From: Eledone cirrhosa
Taxonomy: Eukaryota
Length of the DNA stretch: 64,000 nt
Reading direction: 5' to 3'
NCBI GenBank assembly: GCA_964016885.1
Contig: OZ024741.1
Span: 72,292,001 to 72,356,000 of the forward strand
The translations under genes were made by a program, and so were the position numbers. Position 1 is the stretch's first letter. Each line of letters opens with the position of its first letter. The notes below the pieces were generated by a model. The model did not search any database. It was not told the origin of the DNA and saw only the letters and a program-made list of their open reading frames with translations. Below are positions 12,724 through 26,800 of this stretch, piece after piece.

Positions 12724-13026
12724 CATATATATTCCGTGTGTGTGGGTGGGTATGTATATATAAGCTTAAAACAATTCAAAACTGCAGATTGAAGATAATG
12801 TTTACCAACTAGTAAAACTTATTTTTAGATAACAATATTTTTTAAGCAATGTTGAAAAAACCAACAGTTCTTATGTTAACATTTATCAATGATATCACCA
12901 CAGACTAAAGGGAAAATATGTGATAAAATCCAGCCATTACTTCTTTTTACAGTTGTTGAAATCCAAATTTTAATGGACCTTTTTTCGTAGTTAGACTCCA
13001 GTGTATTCTTTGTACGATTAAAGGAA

Positions 13027-13104
<78 letters not shown>

Positions 13105-13141
13105 GAAAAAATGGCGTGCTGCGTTGTTGCGAGTGTGATAC

Positions 13142-13458
13142 ATATGAATGAAAAAATAGAGAGAGAAACGGGTCTATTCATCATCAGTGATCTTCTGACT
13201 ATCATCGATATTTCTTCGCATGGTCGAACTTAAGTTCACATGTATTGACTTGTCTCTCTTTTCCTCTCTTTACGTTGCATTACTACTTTTGTTTGTTTAC
13301 TTTCCCTCTTTCTCCACCCAATTCGCTCTGTCCCAATAACTTATTTTAGTTATTGCTCGCACTGATTTTGAGATATCTGGTCTTTAATGCGAAGAAATAC
13401 CGATGATAGTCAGAAGATCACTGATGATGGACAGTCCCGTTTCTCGGTCTATTTTTCA

Positions 13459-13464
<6 letters not shown>
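13142..13464. mobile_element. MITE-like element with ~80-bp terminal inverted repeats in (TA)n
   Basis: 13142-13221 is the reverse complement of 13387-13464 (ATCATCAGTGATCTTCTGACTATCATCG / CGATGATAGTCAGAAGATCACTGATGAT). Confidence 0.75.
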
Positions 13465-13518
<54 letters not shown>

Positions 13519-13640
13519 GGGTGGCCCCTAAAATGTATACAGACGTTGAATAGGATGTTGTTGAAGTGTGTATACATTCTTTGGGCTTATATATATAAAA
13601 GGCAAACTGAAATAATAAAGCGAACGACACAGTACAATGA

Positions 13641-13671
<31 letters not shown>

Positions 13672-13759
13672 CATACACACACACACATAACTATGTACTA
13701 CATGTTTACATATATGATTACATACATGTTTATACAAACATACATACACACTCTAGCTT

Positions 13760-13774
13760 TTACTGCTACTGCGG

Positions 13775-13851
<77 letters not shown>

Positions 13852-13924
13852 TCTACTACTGATGCTGCTTCTACTGCTACTACTACTACTGCTGCTGCTG
13901 CTGTTGCTACTACTACTACTACTA

Positions 13925-14008
<84 letters not shown>
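13760..14008. repeat. (CTA)n/(CTG)n trinucleotide repeat
   Basis: Direct reading. Confidence 0.97.
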
Positions 14009-14009
<1 letters not shown>

Positions 14010-14429
14010 AGCCGTAATTCGTATTCAAGTATGACTTGGTGGTATGTACCATGCGAAAGCATGGTACATACTACAAGCAATGGTATTGTGTGTGTGCGTG
14101 CGGACTGGTCAGGTTGCCAGGTTGCCCAATGGCAGGTGGGCCCCACAGTAGCATTGCAGGGCCCACTATAGTATTTTAGGGGCCAATGCTTTGCTTTCAA
14201 AAAGTACCCGAAATCTAAGAGAAAGAATAACACTTTTTCAAAAATAAATAAAACTATTAAGCGAAGCATTTGGTCAACCAATTCCCCAGGGAATTACTAG
14301 AAACCAAAATATACGATAGTGCGAATAGCTGGAATCGGTGGTTGTAAATCTAAATCTTAGTGTATTCATTTATGCATGCAAACATACATATATAGACACA
14401 CACAAGCTCATATATATATATATATATAT

Positions 14430-14850
14430 ATGATGGCTGCCCCCTTGTTATCGAGTATGGCCATTGCACGAACTTTGCCTTTCATCCGTACGGGGTCGAT
14501 AAAATAAAGTACCAGTAATACACTGGAATAATTGCTGGCCTTGAGCCAAAAGTAGAAACAATTATTAATAATTATCAGTTAATTCTATCGTGCAATGCCT
14601 GTGCATGAAGATTTTTTTTTAAAGTGAGGAAAGACTGTGCACTGAGCCAATCCCACTCTCTGAGAGACAGTAGCTATAACCCGAAAAGAAGAAAAGATCA
14701 ACATCATCGGTAACTACTGAGCCGCAGATTTTATGTCGGAGTTATCCCAGTTTCCTGAGTTGCCTTCTCCTAGAAGAATGCCCTGACAAAGATTAGGAGT
14801 CCTTCTCTCCCAGTGGTTTAACCGAGCGATTATCTTTATGGCTCCGCGCA
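14430..14850 (-). mobile_element. Non-autonomous retroelement (RTE-related/SINE-body-like) carrying a nested SINE fragment (14472-14570, +)
   Basis: Reverse-complement homologue of 47831-48330. Contains CTAGGAGAAGGCAACTC, recalled as an RTE 5'-UTR-like motif, and ends TCGATAAC.AGGGGG.AGCCATCAT. Confidence 0.7.
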
Positions 14851-14877
14851 TATACATACAGATGAATAGCATACATG

Positions 14878-14994
<117 letters not shown>

Positions 14995-15943
14995 TAAGAA
15001 AATATCTATATGCGTGTGTAATTAATACATGCATACATTTATTTTTTTAAAATTAATTGAGTTCTTAACACGCAGGATTGATAATGTTTTTGAAAAAACT
15101 AATTAACCCACGTGTATATTATTTTACTTTTCTTGTGACTCGCGATTGCCTCCATTTTCCGCTTCGTGACGCTATGATATTTCCTCAGTCTAAAGACTGC
15201 TGGAATTTCAAATTTGGCGGTCATTTGATGCGTGAAGGGACGACTTAGCGGACACGAAAAATAACTGCGGTAAGAAATTTTTATATCAAAGTTTAATGGG
15301 CATCCACTGATGATTTATAAGTGCCTACCTACATATATTCTTACAGAAAAATATGTTAGGCTTCTACATAAACTGGAAACATTCTCCCAACTTGTAGAAA
15401 ACTTATAATGAAACAATTGTTTGGAAAGAGAGATATATTTTAATTTTAATTATACCTCATATAAAATAATACAACTGGCTTTCCACAAAATACATATAGT
15501 TAGCACCCCAAACACAAAATTGGGATTATACTAACGTATACCCTAATGTTTGTTGAGTGAGATGGTGACCAGTCAGAGTTTACCTTATAGCTTTCTCTGT
15601 TATTGTATTAAATATATATATATATACATACGTGTGTGTGATTGTACGGATATGTGTGAGTATGAAAATATATCTATACACTTATTTCATATTTGTGTGT
15701 CTATACGCATCTTATCTGTGCATTATAAATTTACAGAGACATTAACCTTGAAATTTTGTATTTGCATCCATCCTTTTAGTATGCGTATACAAGTTATGCA
15801 TACATTTTTGTAAAATATGTGTAAGGGTAGGTACATGTATATACACACACCGAACTGCATTAAACCTTTTGTATTTTCATTGGTCAATTTTGTTCCCAAA
15901 CGGACCTGAAATTTTGAATTGTTGTTATTATCAATAAATATAC

Positions 15944-16097
15944 TTCATTATTTCTGAAGACGGCGTATATATGTGTTGGTATGTATATTTAATCTTGATA
16001 GTTTGTATAATTTTGTATAATTTTGTACATAGATCTGTTGAATATGCATGCCAATTCTAACACATATATATCCTAGAAACGATCGTTAAATAATGAA
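15944..16097 (+). ncRNA. Hammerhead ribozyme motif with long stem II
   Basis: TTCATTATTT-CTGAAGA-[..TATATATGTGTTGG...CTAACACATATATA..]-GAAA-CGATCG-TT-AAATAATGAA; 10-bp stem I and palindromic stem III. Confidence 0.7.
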
Positions 16098-16454
16098 CTT
16101 TTTTTGTTTAATATAAGGAACTGTCTTATTGTTTATTCATTATTTGTTTAATATTTTATATATACATATATATATATTAATTCAAAATATTAACAAAATA
16201 GATATTCTTGTCATCAATTATATTTTATTATACATATTTCAGAGGTACCCTTGAAATATGTATAATAAAATATAATTGATCAAAAGAATATCTATTTTAT
16301 TAATATTTTGAATTAATATTAATAACTCTGGAAAACCTTTTTTGTTGAGTGCTTCCAATCTATTGTAAAACTCATTCTTTGACGTATTCATTGAACCTTG
16401 TTCAACTTTTAAATATATATATATATATATATATATACACATGCACACATTTAT

Positions 16455-16668
16455 ATACATATTTACACATTTTTTGATGGCAGTTGACTCTTATGAGTTC
16501 TTCTGCTCTTTGCCAGGTTTTGCTTTTTGTCCTGTAGGGTGTCCAAAATCACCCTCTTCACCAAGTAAACTTGGTGGGGTAACCGGTTTATTCGCCGACG
16601 ACCCGACCATGCGACAGGTTGTACTGGGTTATATGTTACCAGTAGCACTCAAAAGTGAGCCGACATAA
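16455..16668 (+). repeat. Dispersed repeat of unknown class; partial inverted copy at 47665-47770
   Basis: TTTACACATTTTT...GACTCTTATGA...GTCCTG.AGGGTGTCCAAAATCACCCTC is shared between the two loci. Confidence 0.7.
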
Positions 16669-16669
16669 T

Positions 16670-16712
<43 letters not shown>

Positions 16713-16851
16713 CTCACATATATATAAGTATATATTTATATATAATGTTAATTAGATCCTTAGGGATTTTTGTTCAAGTTGAAAACATGTTATGTATACA
16801 CATATATAAATCTGTATATACACATGTACATGCACACATATGCACGCACTC

Positions 16852-16896
<45 letters not shown>

Positions 16897-17147
16897 TATT
16901 GAATGAGTGTGAAAGACTAAAGGTCATTATTGAAAATCTCTGGATTCCCCAAAATACATAATAGTTTTTATTGGAGAAGGTAAGAAGATATTTTCCCGCA
17001 AAACTTTGATTGCACTGTTTTGTTTCCACTTATGTATTTTTTGAAAATGTTATTTATTCATTATAAAAATTAAATGATAGCATTCTATATGTAGGTGGAC
17101 CCCCTTTATCTCCTGGCAACCAATATTTTTAGACCCAGTCCGCAACC

Positions 17148-17245
<98 letters not shown>

Positions 17246-17551
17246 ATAAAATAACAGGAGGCTGGACTGGTGTAATTACGTTGCATGCTCTCCATAATAT
17301 TACATCGATGTTGACCATACGGAATGACCAGTTCTATCCTTGTAAGTTTGAATCTAACTGACATGCAAAAATATATATAGATGAGTAAGTTAAGCCCAAA
17401 TCATAGTAGATACAAATATCACAGGGAAAGAGAGATAGAGTGAGTGGGGGAGGGGGACGAGGGGGGTTGAGAAATGAGGTGCAACAGAAATGAAACATTG
17501 ATTACAGATTAAAATATAGTCTAGATAGATGAGAAACAAAACGAGGATGTA

Positions 17552-18030
17552 GTTTATGGAACACCCAAATAATTTAGAAGTCGACCTTAAGTAGAAGCAA
17601 TAACATTAAGAAAGACATGAACGACACCACATCATGTTGCATTGGAAATTTTGAAAGTAGGTTTATAAGTATTAATTTTCATGATATTTTCGTTGTTGTC
17701 TCAGTGGACTAGCGGTAGGTACTAAAGACGGTGGAGTCCTGGTCTTGGGTTCAATCCTGGTCAAGAGGTATATGTAGTCTTTTTCAGTTTTTATTTTACA
17801 TCCCATAGAAAAAATCTGAAAAGGCTTACCGGGAACCCTACCCCCGACCAGGGTCGAACTTCAGACAAGGATCACCACCGTCTACGATTCCTGCAACTAG
17901 GCCACCGAAACAGCTACAAAAGGATAATAAAAATTAATCATTATAAACCTACTTTCAAAATCAAAGTTAAAAAGATGTGGTGTCGTTCATGGCTTTCCTA
18001 AAGCTGTTAGTCATATTTAGGGTCGACTTG
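17552..18030. mobile_element. Fold-back element with tRNA-like inner arms; second truncated copy at 18759-19228
   Basis: 17578-17770 and 17840-18030 are diverged inverted repeats (AAGTCGACC..ATGAACGACACCACATC..TTTTGAAAGTAGGTTTATAA). The inner arms have A/B-box-like motifs (CAGTGGACTAGCGG, GGTTCAATCC). Confidence 0.7.
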
Positions 18031-18092
18031 TCAATCATCTGGCTCTTTGGAAACAACCTTATTATTCCTATGTGTGTTTAACTGTTGAATTA

Positions 18093-18128
<36 letters not shown>

Positions 18129-19472
18129 GAAATTTTCGCTCTTCTTGGCTGAATACAATAAATGTAATCTGAGTTTTTCGAATATTAATGATAACATGCG
18201 ATTCGTTTGCAATTATGAAAACAAGCCTCAATTTTATAGCCATGTCAGTAGAATGAACCTTTCATTCTTGCTCTTGTGTTGGCATGTGAACAGAACTGCA
18301 GACACTAATGTTTCTGGGTATCACCTTTCATCAGTACAGCTCACTGTTCACCTGGCAAACTGTCAGAGCTAGTGAAAATATATGCTATTTTCAAAAATAC
18401 ACAGTGACTGATCAGCCTAATTTGCATATTAGCAGACTGGCTGATCAGTCAGATCTGCATATTAACAGATCCACTGATCAGCCAGATTTGCATATCAGCA
18501 GACTGGCCAGTCAGTTTTCTGTAACGCGAACTGGCGTGAAATTTATTACATGAAATTTATTCACGTGACAGTCATCAACCACAAACCCTCCATCTCAATT
18601 CTACTTTTGAAAAGCATAAGAACTGAACTGTGAAACCGGTAAAGGAAACAAATAAATATTCTTAAAAAGACTCTAGTTGCATTTTCGATTTTTTTTCTTA
18701 TACTTTCACTCGTGTAGTACATCTCGTTTTTTTTCATTAAAAAAACCCCTCATTTTCAGTTTATGGAACACCTAAATGATTTAGAAGTCGACCTTAAGTA
18801 GGAGCAATAACATTAAGAAAGACATGAACGACACCACATCATTATGCATTGAAAATTTTGAAAGTAGGTTTATAAGTATGAATTTCCAGTATATTTTCGG
18901 AGCTGTCTCAGTGGACTAGCGGTAAGTAGTAGAGACGGTGGAGATCCTGGTCTTGTGTTCAATCCTGTTCAATCCTGGTCAAGAGATACATGTAATCGTT
19001 TTCAGTTTTATTTTACATCCCATAGAAAACAAAAACAGAAAAGGTTTACCGGGAACCCTACCCCAGACCAGTGTTTAGCGGGAACACTACCCCCGACCAG
19101 GGTTTAGCGGGAACTCTACTGCCGACCAGGATCGAACTTCTGACCAGGATCATCAACGTCTATATTTCCTCCAACTAGGCCGCCGAGACAGCTACACAAG
19201 TATAACGAAAATCAATAATTATAAACTTACATAGACATAGACATTCTCTCAACCCACCGTCAGTTGATCGCGCAGAACACCCAGATTGTGACAGCTGAAG
19301 GAAAAGAGAAGGGGCGCACCAGTAGTGAGCTGGTACTTTCTTTATCGACCCCAAATGGATGAAAGGTAAAATGGACCTCGAGGGGATTTGAACACAGAAC
19401 GGAGCGAGAGCCGGAACAAATATCTAGTGTTCCAACAGCTCTTCCAAATAGACCGTCTTAGACATACTTACT

Positions 19473-20992
19473 TACACACACACACATACACACACACACA
19501 CACAATCATACATCACAGCAGACACATACACACAGCACACACATACACACCACACACCACACAACCACACACACGCACACATCACACAACACACACATAT
19601 ACACACACACCATGCACCAAACACATACACAACACACACACCACACACACAACACACACGCATACATACAACACACACGCATACACACACACACACCACA
19701 CACACACACTACACAGCACACACTACAAAACACCACACCACACACAGCACACACGCATACACACACACACACCACACACACACACTACACGCGACACACT
19801 ACAAAACACCACACCCCACACCACACGCATACACACACACACGCACAATCATATGTGTACATAGACACACACTTATGTCCATATATAGGTAAAATACAAC
19901 AAACAAACAATACTATTGTTTACTCCAATGTAAATAATGCAAATCACGTGATGGAAGAAAATCCCGAATACTGACTTAACTGTGATATTTCTACATGTAT
20001 ATATATGTGTGTGGTAATGGTAGTGTGTGTGTGTGTGGGGGGGGGGGGTATATGTGTGTGTATGGGAATGATAATGTGTGTGTGTGCGTGTGAGAATGTG
20101 TGTGTGTGTGTGCGTGTGAGAATGTGTGTGTGTGTGGGGGGGGTATGTGTGTTGTGTGTATGAGAATGATAATGTGTGTGTGTGTGCGAGAATGTGTGTG
20201 AGGGAATGTGTGTGTGTGGGGGGGGGGGTATGTGTGTGTATGAGAATGATAATGTGTGTTGTGTGTGTGTGCGAGAATGTGTGTGAGGAAATGTGTGTGT
20301 GTGGGGGGGGGGATATGTGTGTGTATGAGAATGATGTGTGTGTGTGGGAATATGTGCGTGTGAGGTAATGTGTGTGTGTGGTAATGTGTGTGGTAATAGT
20401 AATGTGTGTGTGTGTGTGATGGAATGTATCTGTGTTTTGGAATGTGTGTGTGTGGTTTAGAATATGTAGTTATGTGTGTATATATATTTGTGTATGGGTA
20501 TATGTGCATATGTGTGGGTGCGCGTGTACGTATATGCATGAGCATGTGTATGTACATATATGCATGAGCATGTGTGTGTATATGTGTGTATGTAAATGTA
20601 TGAATGTATGTATACTTGTGTGTGTATATATGTGAGACAGGGGGTTGTGTGTGCATATTTGTTTATGTGTGTATGTGTATGCATGTGAGTATGTATCTAT
20701 CAGTGGGTGTGCATGTGTGTGTATGTGTGTATATGAAGGTGCGCACGTATGTGTGAATATCTATATGTGCATATGTCAATGTATGGGTTTGTGTATGTGT
20801 ATGCAAGTAGTATGTATATATGTTTTTATGTATGTATATATGTATGTATGTGCGTGTGTGTGTGTTTGTGTATGTATGTATGCATGTATGTATGTATGTA
20901 TGTATGTATGTATGTATGTATGTATGTATGCATGTATGTATGCATGTATGTATGTGCGTGTGTGTGTGTTTGTGTATGTATGTATGTATGTA
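19473..20992. repeat. Degenerate (CA)n, (TG)n and (TATG)n low-complexity block
   Basis: Direct reading; it accounts for the HT/VC/MYVC ORFs. Confidence 0.93.
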
Positions 20993-21128
20993 CCGTTCAA
21001 TGGGATTTGCATAAAATGAATTTTTACACTCTCAAACCACGTGACCTCATGACGGAGTTACGTGATTTTAGAATTAATTAAATTCCTTCGCTTTGACGGA
21101 AATAGGAACAATAACAGAGAGAGAGGGA

Positions 21129-21191
<63 letters not shown>

Positions 21192-21363
21192 ATGAAAAAG
21201 AGATAGGGAGTGATATGTAGTGTGGCTTGAATGTAAATGAAGATGAATGAGAATAAATATATACATACATACACACATACATGTATAAATATATATACAC
21301 ATACATACATACAAAGAAACATACATAAATACACACATTCATACATATACACACATACATACA

Positions 21364-21447
<84 letters not shown>

Positions 21448-21631
21448 CACACACACAACTTTTCTTTTAAATATGTTTATATTAATGTTCTTGTGAAATT
21501 CTTTTATTAAGGATTTCCTTATTAGTCCTTTAAATTTACTTTAGAACAACAGCGTTCTTGAATCTATTAATGTAATAACGTTTCAAGACACAAGTTCACA
21601 TCATCAGAATAGAATTATACAGTGGCATACG

Positions 21632-21859
21632 AATAATAGTTTCTACTTTAGGCACAAGGCCAGCAATCTGAAGGGGGAGAGGAAGTCGTTTAAATCCACG
21701 CCAGTGCATTACTGGTGCTTTATTCTATCGACTCCCGTAAGGATAAAAGGCAAAGCTAACCACGGCAGGATTTGAACTCAGAACGTAAAGGGCCAAAACT
21801 CTATGCTGAAAAGCATGATGTCCGGCGCGCGCTCTACTGATACTGCCAATCCACTGCCC
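21632..21859 (-). mobile_element. tRNA-derived SINE copy abutting the Tx1 array
   Basis: Same head, core and tail as 1322-2172. Confidence 0.9.
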
Positions 21860-21912
21860 ATACTTATAATATCTATCTATATATCTATCTACCTATCTAT
21901 CATAAAGAAATA

Positions 21913-21945
<33 letters not shown>

Positions 21946-21949
<4 letters not shown>

Positions 21950-23751
21950 GCTCAAGGGTCAAGGTGAACGGTTACCTCTCGGAGCCGTTCCATATTACGC
22001 GATCCATTCGACAGGGATGCCCTCTCTCCTCCATTCTGTACGTACTGACTCTCGAGCCACTACTGCGGAAGCTGGAGCTATTGCAGGGCTTCCCTCTGGA
22101 ACCGGGACTGCGGAAAGCGGCGTCGGCCTACGCCGACGACGTGACAGTAATGGTGTCGAGCGCCTCGCAAATCGAGAAAGTCGGCACCTTACTAAAGGAA
22201 TACGAAAGTCTCACAGGAGCGAAGCTGAACTGGGACAAGTCCATCGGTTTGCAACTCGGATCGTGGAGAGGCAGACCGATGCCTTCCGATGGCGTCGTCG
22301 GACGCTGGACGGAAGGACCGGTAAAGCTGCTCGGGGTCTGGTTTGGTCCGGACCTCCAGGTGGAGAAGAACTGGAACGAAGTGACGGCCAAGGTGTTTGC
22401 ACTCACCCAGAAGTGGGCCGAGTGCAAACTATCCTTGAAAGGTCGAGCGGAGGTGGCGAACACTTTTATAGCGTCCGCCATCTACTACCGCTTGACCGTC
22501 GTGCCTTGTCCAGCCAAAACGCTCGCCAAAATGGAGCGCGCCCTCTTCCGATTCCTTTGGAAGAGGCGGGCTCCTTTGGTAAGAAGATCCATCTGCTGCC
22601 AACACCCTTCTAACGGAGGGCTGGGGATGCCGTGGTTGACGATGCGCAAACACGCGCTCAGGCTGCGGCATCTCTACGTATTCCTGACCGGACAACCGGT
22701 GTGGGCCCCGTTCGTGAGGCGAGCCTTCCCACGACTCGTCTCACTGACCGAGCTGCAGTCCTGGGTCAAGCGGAGACCGAGGAAAATGGGCGACTGGCAC
22801 ATCGAATGTGCTCAGGCGCTCACAGCCCTCTGGCAGGCGGACCCGGCGATCAGTGGAGACTCCACTTCGTCATTCTATAGAGGGTTGGTCCGCAGCAAGT
22901 GCGACGACGCGCTCGGTGAAACTCTAGGCGTGGAGGAAGATGAACTGGCCAGTCTGTTCGGTAGGACCTTCCACCCGGGACCGATGGACAACTTCCAAAA
23001 GTCCCTGGCCTGGCAGTGCTACCGAGGAGCTCTACCAGTTCGAGACAAGCTCTACAGACATGGGCGCCCGGGCAGGGACCCTGCAAAAAAGATCTGTCCG
23101 AGGTGCGTGCGAGACGAAGAAACCGTCGCGCACGCATTCATACACTGCCCGGGCGTCACTGACCTGTGGGGCTATGTAGAACGACTATTGTCGCGGGTGG
23201 GACCAATCCAGTTGACCACCGAGTCCATTGTCATGATCAAACCGCCACCCTCCTTCAAAAACGAAGGAGAGGCGGTTTTCCTTTGTGTGATAGCTATGGC
23301 GAAAGAGGTTGTATGGTGGACAAGGTTGAAAGGGCTGAGGTCAGACACCTTTCTCTCCGGCCAACAACTGATTCTTTTTTTCAAATACCACTTTGGAAGA
23401 AGAATCAGGATGGAGAGAGAGGTGCTGTACCCCAGCAAGTTTTATGAAAGGTGGGTGAAAGTGGCGAGAATGGCCCGAGTGAATGGGCCTTCTCTCTATA
23501 TCAGCCTGTAGATTGAGGAAAAGGAGGAGGAGAGGAAAGGAGTACAAGCTCTTCGTACTCATGGAGATGAGGGTTGCACATTTTTTTCGGGGGTATGTGT
23601 TACCCATATAAACTGTCTCCCTCTATTGGGGAAAATCGACTAACTTTTAAATTCCATCTGTGATAACATTTTACACGTTTTTATTGTATGTAAACTTCCC
23701 CCTTTGTATTTGTCCCCTTCTTTTTTTGCCCCTGTGGCTAATAAAGAAACA

Positions 23752-23804
<53 letters not shown>
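21946..23804 (+). mobile_element. Tx1-like copy A, 5'-truncated (RT C-half, zinc finger, 3' UTR)
   Basis: Open frame 21964-23511 with RQGCPLS, AYADD and CPRC..ETVAHAFIHC; 3' end TGTGGCTAATAAAGAAACA(TATC)n. Confidence 0.95.
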
Positions 23805-23874
23805 CCCCTTCTTTTGTGCCCCTGTGGCTAATAAAGAAATATATCTATCTATCTATCTATTTCTCTCTCTATCA

Positions 23875-26800
23875 GACGTGTGTAACTTCGCGGAGAAGTT
23901 TCCGTTAATTTATGTAAGAAAAAAACGTGAGTTTTTAGTTAAATATTATATTATTGTGTAACCTTCAGGTGGTGGGTCAACTCATTTTCGCCCCTACAGG
24001 GGCGAAATATCCGTTAGAAATTTTTCTCCATCGAATCTTTGAAAAAATATTGTAAAAGTTTGATTACGTTATGAACGCTGCATCCAACGATAATGGTGGT
24101 GGAGAGACGGTAAGACTACAAAGCTCGCAGTCAACAACGTCTTCTTCCCTAGATACTATAGAGATGGAAAGACGAAATGAAAATGCAAAAACAAATTCAT
24201 ATCCAAACAACACAAATGACACCAAACAGTTCAATGACAACAAAAATAACAGCAACACCAACAATGATGATAAAAACAACAATGATAACAACAACAAAGA
24301 AAAAAATAAAGACAACACCAATAACACCAGCATCAAAGACAACAACAACACCAAGGAAAATACGAATAATATCAACATCGGTGACAACAAGAATAACAAC
24401 AAGAATAACAACAATAATGACAACACCACCAACACGGATAATTCCACAAAGGAACCAAAAATCTCCTTTGTAGAGACAGTTAAAAAAAGGAGGAACTGAT
24501 ATATCTCGACATAACAAATGCTGAACAACTTTTAAAGGACGCTAGGAGATATGTCACTTTCGAAAAAAATGGTGCTTTCAGCATCAATTCTCCGGTAGAA
24601 ATTCGCAAGGAAACTACTCTCAAAACGATAGTTTTTAGGACAGTTTCCAATTCTACCCGAAAACCAGTCCAATTGTCACAGAAAGAAATTGAACTGGTTT
24701 TCAAAAATTCAATGAATGATATTGCATTCATTCAAAGAAACAAACTTTTGGGGAGTATTTCGGTACTCATGAAGGATCAATTGACGGCCCAAAATTACTC
24801 TGTGTCGCCAATTGTATCCAACCTGTACACCTTTTTCCCTACATACATGAGAAAAAGGACACAAAAGATCAAAATCACGAGTGTCACACCAAAGGTGAAC
24901 ATATGGTGGATACTGTGCGGCTTCATCAATTTTGATGAAGACAGAATACTGTCAGTAGGAAAGTCCCCCAGAGATGTATTCAATGGGACTAGCATTGAAG
25001 TTCTGGTGCAAATGAGCCCAGAGCGAATAGCTATGATCCCACAACGTGTACTCCTGGACGGACTCACCTACATAAACTTTTCGGTTGAGGGTAGGCGGCC
25101 TTCATGTTACCATTGCTTTAGCAGGGGTCACCTGAGGGCTTCCTGTCCTAAATTAATGAATAAAAAAAAGGCTCTTCTGCCGCACCCATCAAAACAACAC
25201 AACCACCAACACCACAACAACAACAATACCAACACACAAAAATAACCACAACAAACACAGTCCCACCCAAACCCCACTCCACCTAAAACCACTGCAAAAT
25301 CACATACAGACACAACAGCTCCCCAAGACATACCCCTCCCCAATCACACAGACGATACAACAGATGAGGCTATCTGGCCATCACCCAGTGAAGACGAGGG
25401 AGAACCCCATAGCTCGAAAAGAAAGAAAAGACATCACAAAAGCAAAAAACCAGCAAACACTGAGCCAATGCGGCAAACGCAAATCTCCAGATCTCGACGG
25501 TTTACCCGTAGCAATGCCGGACTTATTCTCCAGTCTCCTGGAAGCGGTCTACTGCAACTGGCAACAGAACGGGAGAATTCCCAGTTCTGTAACCGGGGGC
25601 GTGGTCACACTAATCAGGAAGGACGAGAATAAGGGGGATGACATAGGCAACTTCCGGCTCATAACTCTGCTAAACACAGAGTTACAGATTTTGGCCAAGG
25701 TGTTGGCAAAGAGGCTGGCGCTTGTCGTCGAGAACCTGGTGGGAGAAGCGCAGACATGCGCAATCCCGACCAGGTCCATACACGACAACCTCCACCTCAT
25801 GCGATACATCATAGAGAGGGTAGGGTGTAAACCCGGCTTCGGTGGGGCCCTGATCAACTTGGATCAGTCTAAGGCTTTCGATAGGGTTGACCATCGTTAC
25901 CGGGATGCGCTGCTCGAGGCGGCAGGCTTCGGACCCGTGTTCAGGGGCTGGATTGCTGCAATGCACAACAGCAACATCTGCTCAAGGGTCAAGGTGAACG
26001 GCTACCTCTCGGAGCCGTTCAATATTACGCGATCCATTCGACAGGGATGCACTCTCTCCTCCATTCTGTACGTACTGACTCTCGAGCCACTACTGCGGAA
26101 GTTGGAGCTATTGCAGGGCATCCCTCTGGAACCGGGACTGCGGAAAGCGGCGTCGGCCTACGCCGACGACGTTACAGTAATGGTGTCGAGCGCCTCGCAA
26201 ATCGAGGAAGTCGGCACCTTACTGAAGGAATACGAAAGTTTCACAGGAGCGAAGCTGAACCGGGACAAGTCCATCGGTTTGCAACTCGGATCGTGGAGAG
26301 GCAAACCGATGCCTTCCGATGGCGTCGTCGGACGCTGGACGGAAGGACCGGTAAAGCTGCTCGGGGTCTGGTTTGGTCCGGACCTCCAGGTGGAGAAGAA
26401 CTGGAACGAAGTGACGGCCAAGGTGTTTGCACTCACCCAGAAGTGGGCCGAGTGCAAACTATCCTTGAAAGGTCGAGCGGAGGTGGCGAACACTTTTATA
26501 GCGTCCGCCATCTACTACCGCTTGACCGTCGTGCCTTGTCCAGCCAAAACGCTCGCCAAAATGGAGCGCGCCCTCTTCCGATTCCTTTGGAAGAGGCGGG
26601 CTCCTTTGGTGAGAAGATCCATCTGCTGCCAACACCCTTCTAACGGAGGGCTGGGGGTGCCGTGGTTGACGATGCGCAAACACGCGCTCAGGCTGCGGCA
26701 TCTCTACGTATTCCTGACCGGTGTGGGCCCCATTCGTGAGGCGAGCCTTCCCACGACTCGTCTCGCTGACCGAGCTGCAGTCCTGGGTCAAGCAAAGACC

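Noticed and set aside
13387-14052. Thr/Ser-rich mucin-like ORFs
   Set aside because: Made of (TA)n and (CTA)n microsatellites.
19388-21470. His/Thr- and Cys/Val-rich ORFs
   Set aside because: Degenerate CA/TG/TATG repeats.
22017-22613. Recurrent overlapping and antisense ORFs in Tx1 ORF2 (also 22128-22481, 26047-26643, 30965-31300)
   Set aside because: Shadow frames of GC-rich coding sequence, repeated only because the copies are homologous; no recognisable domain.
24064-24528. Leu-rich membrane-protein-like antisense ORFs
   Set aside because: Reverse complement of the AAC-rich Asn tract of ORF1.
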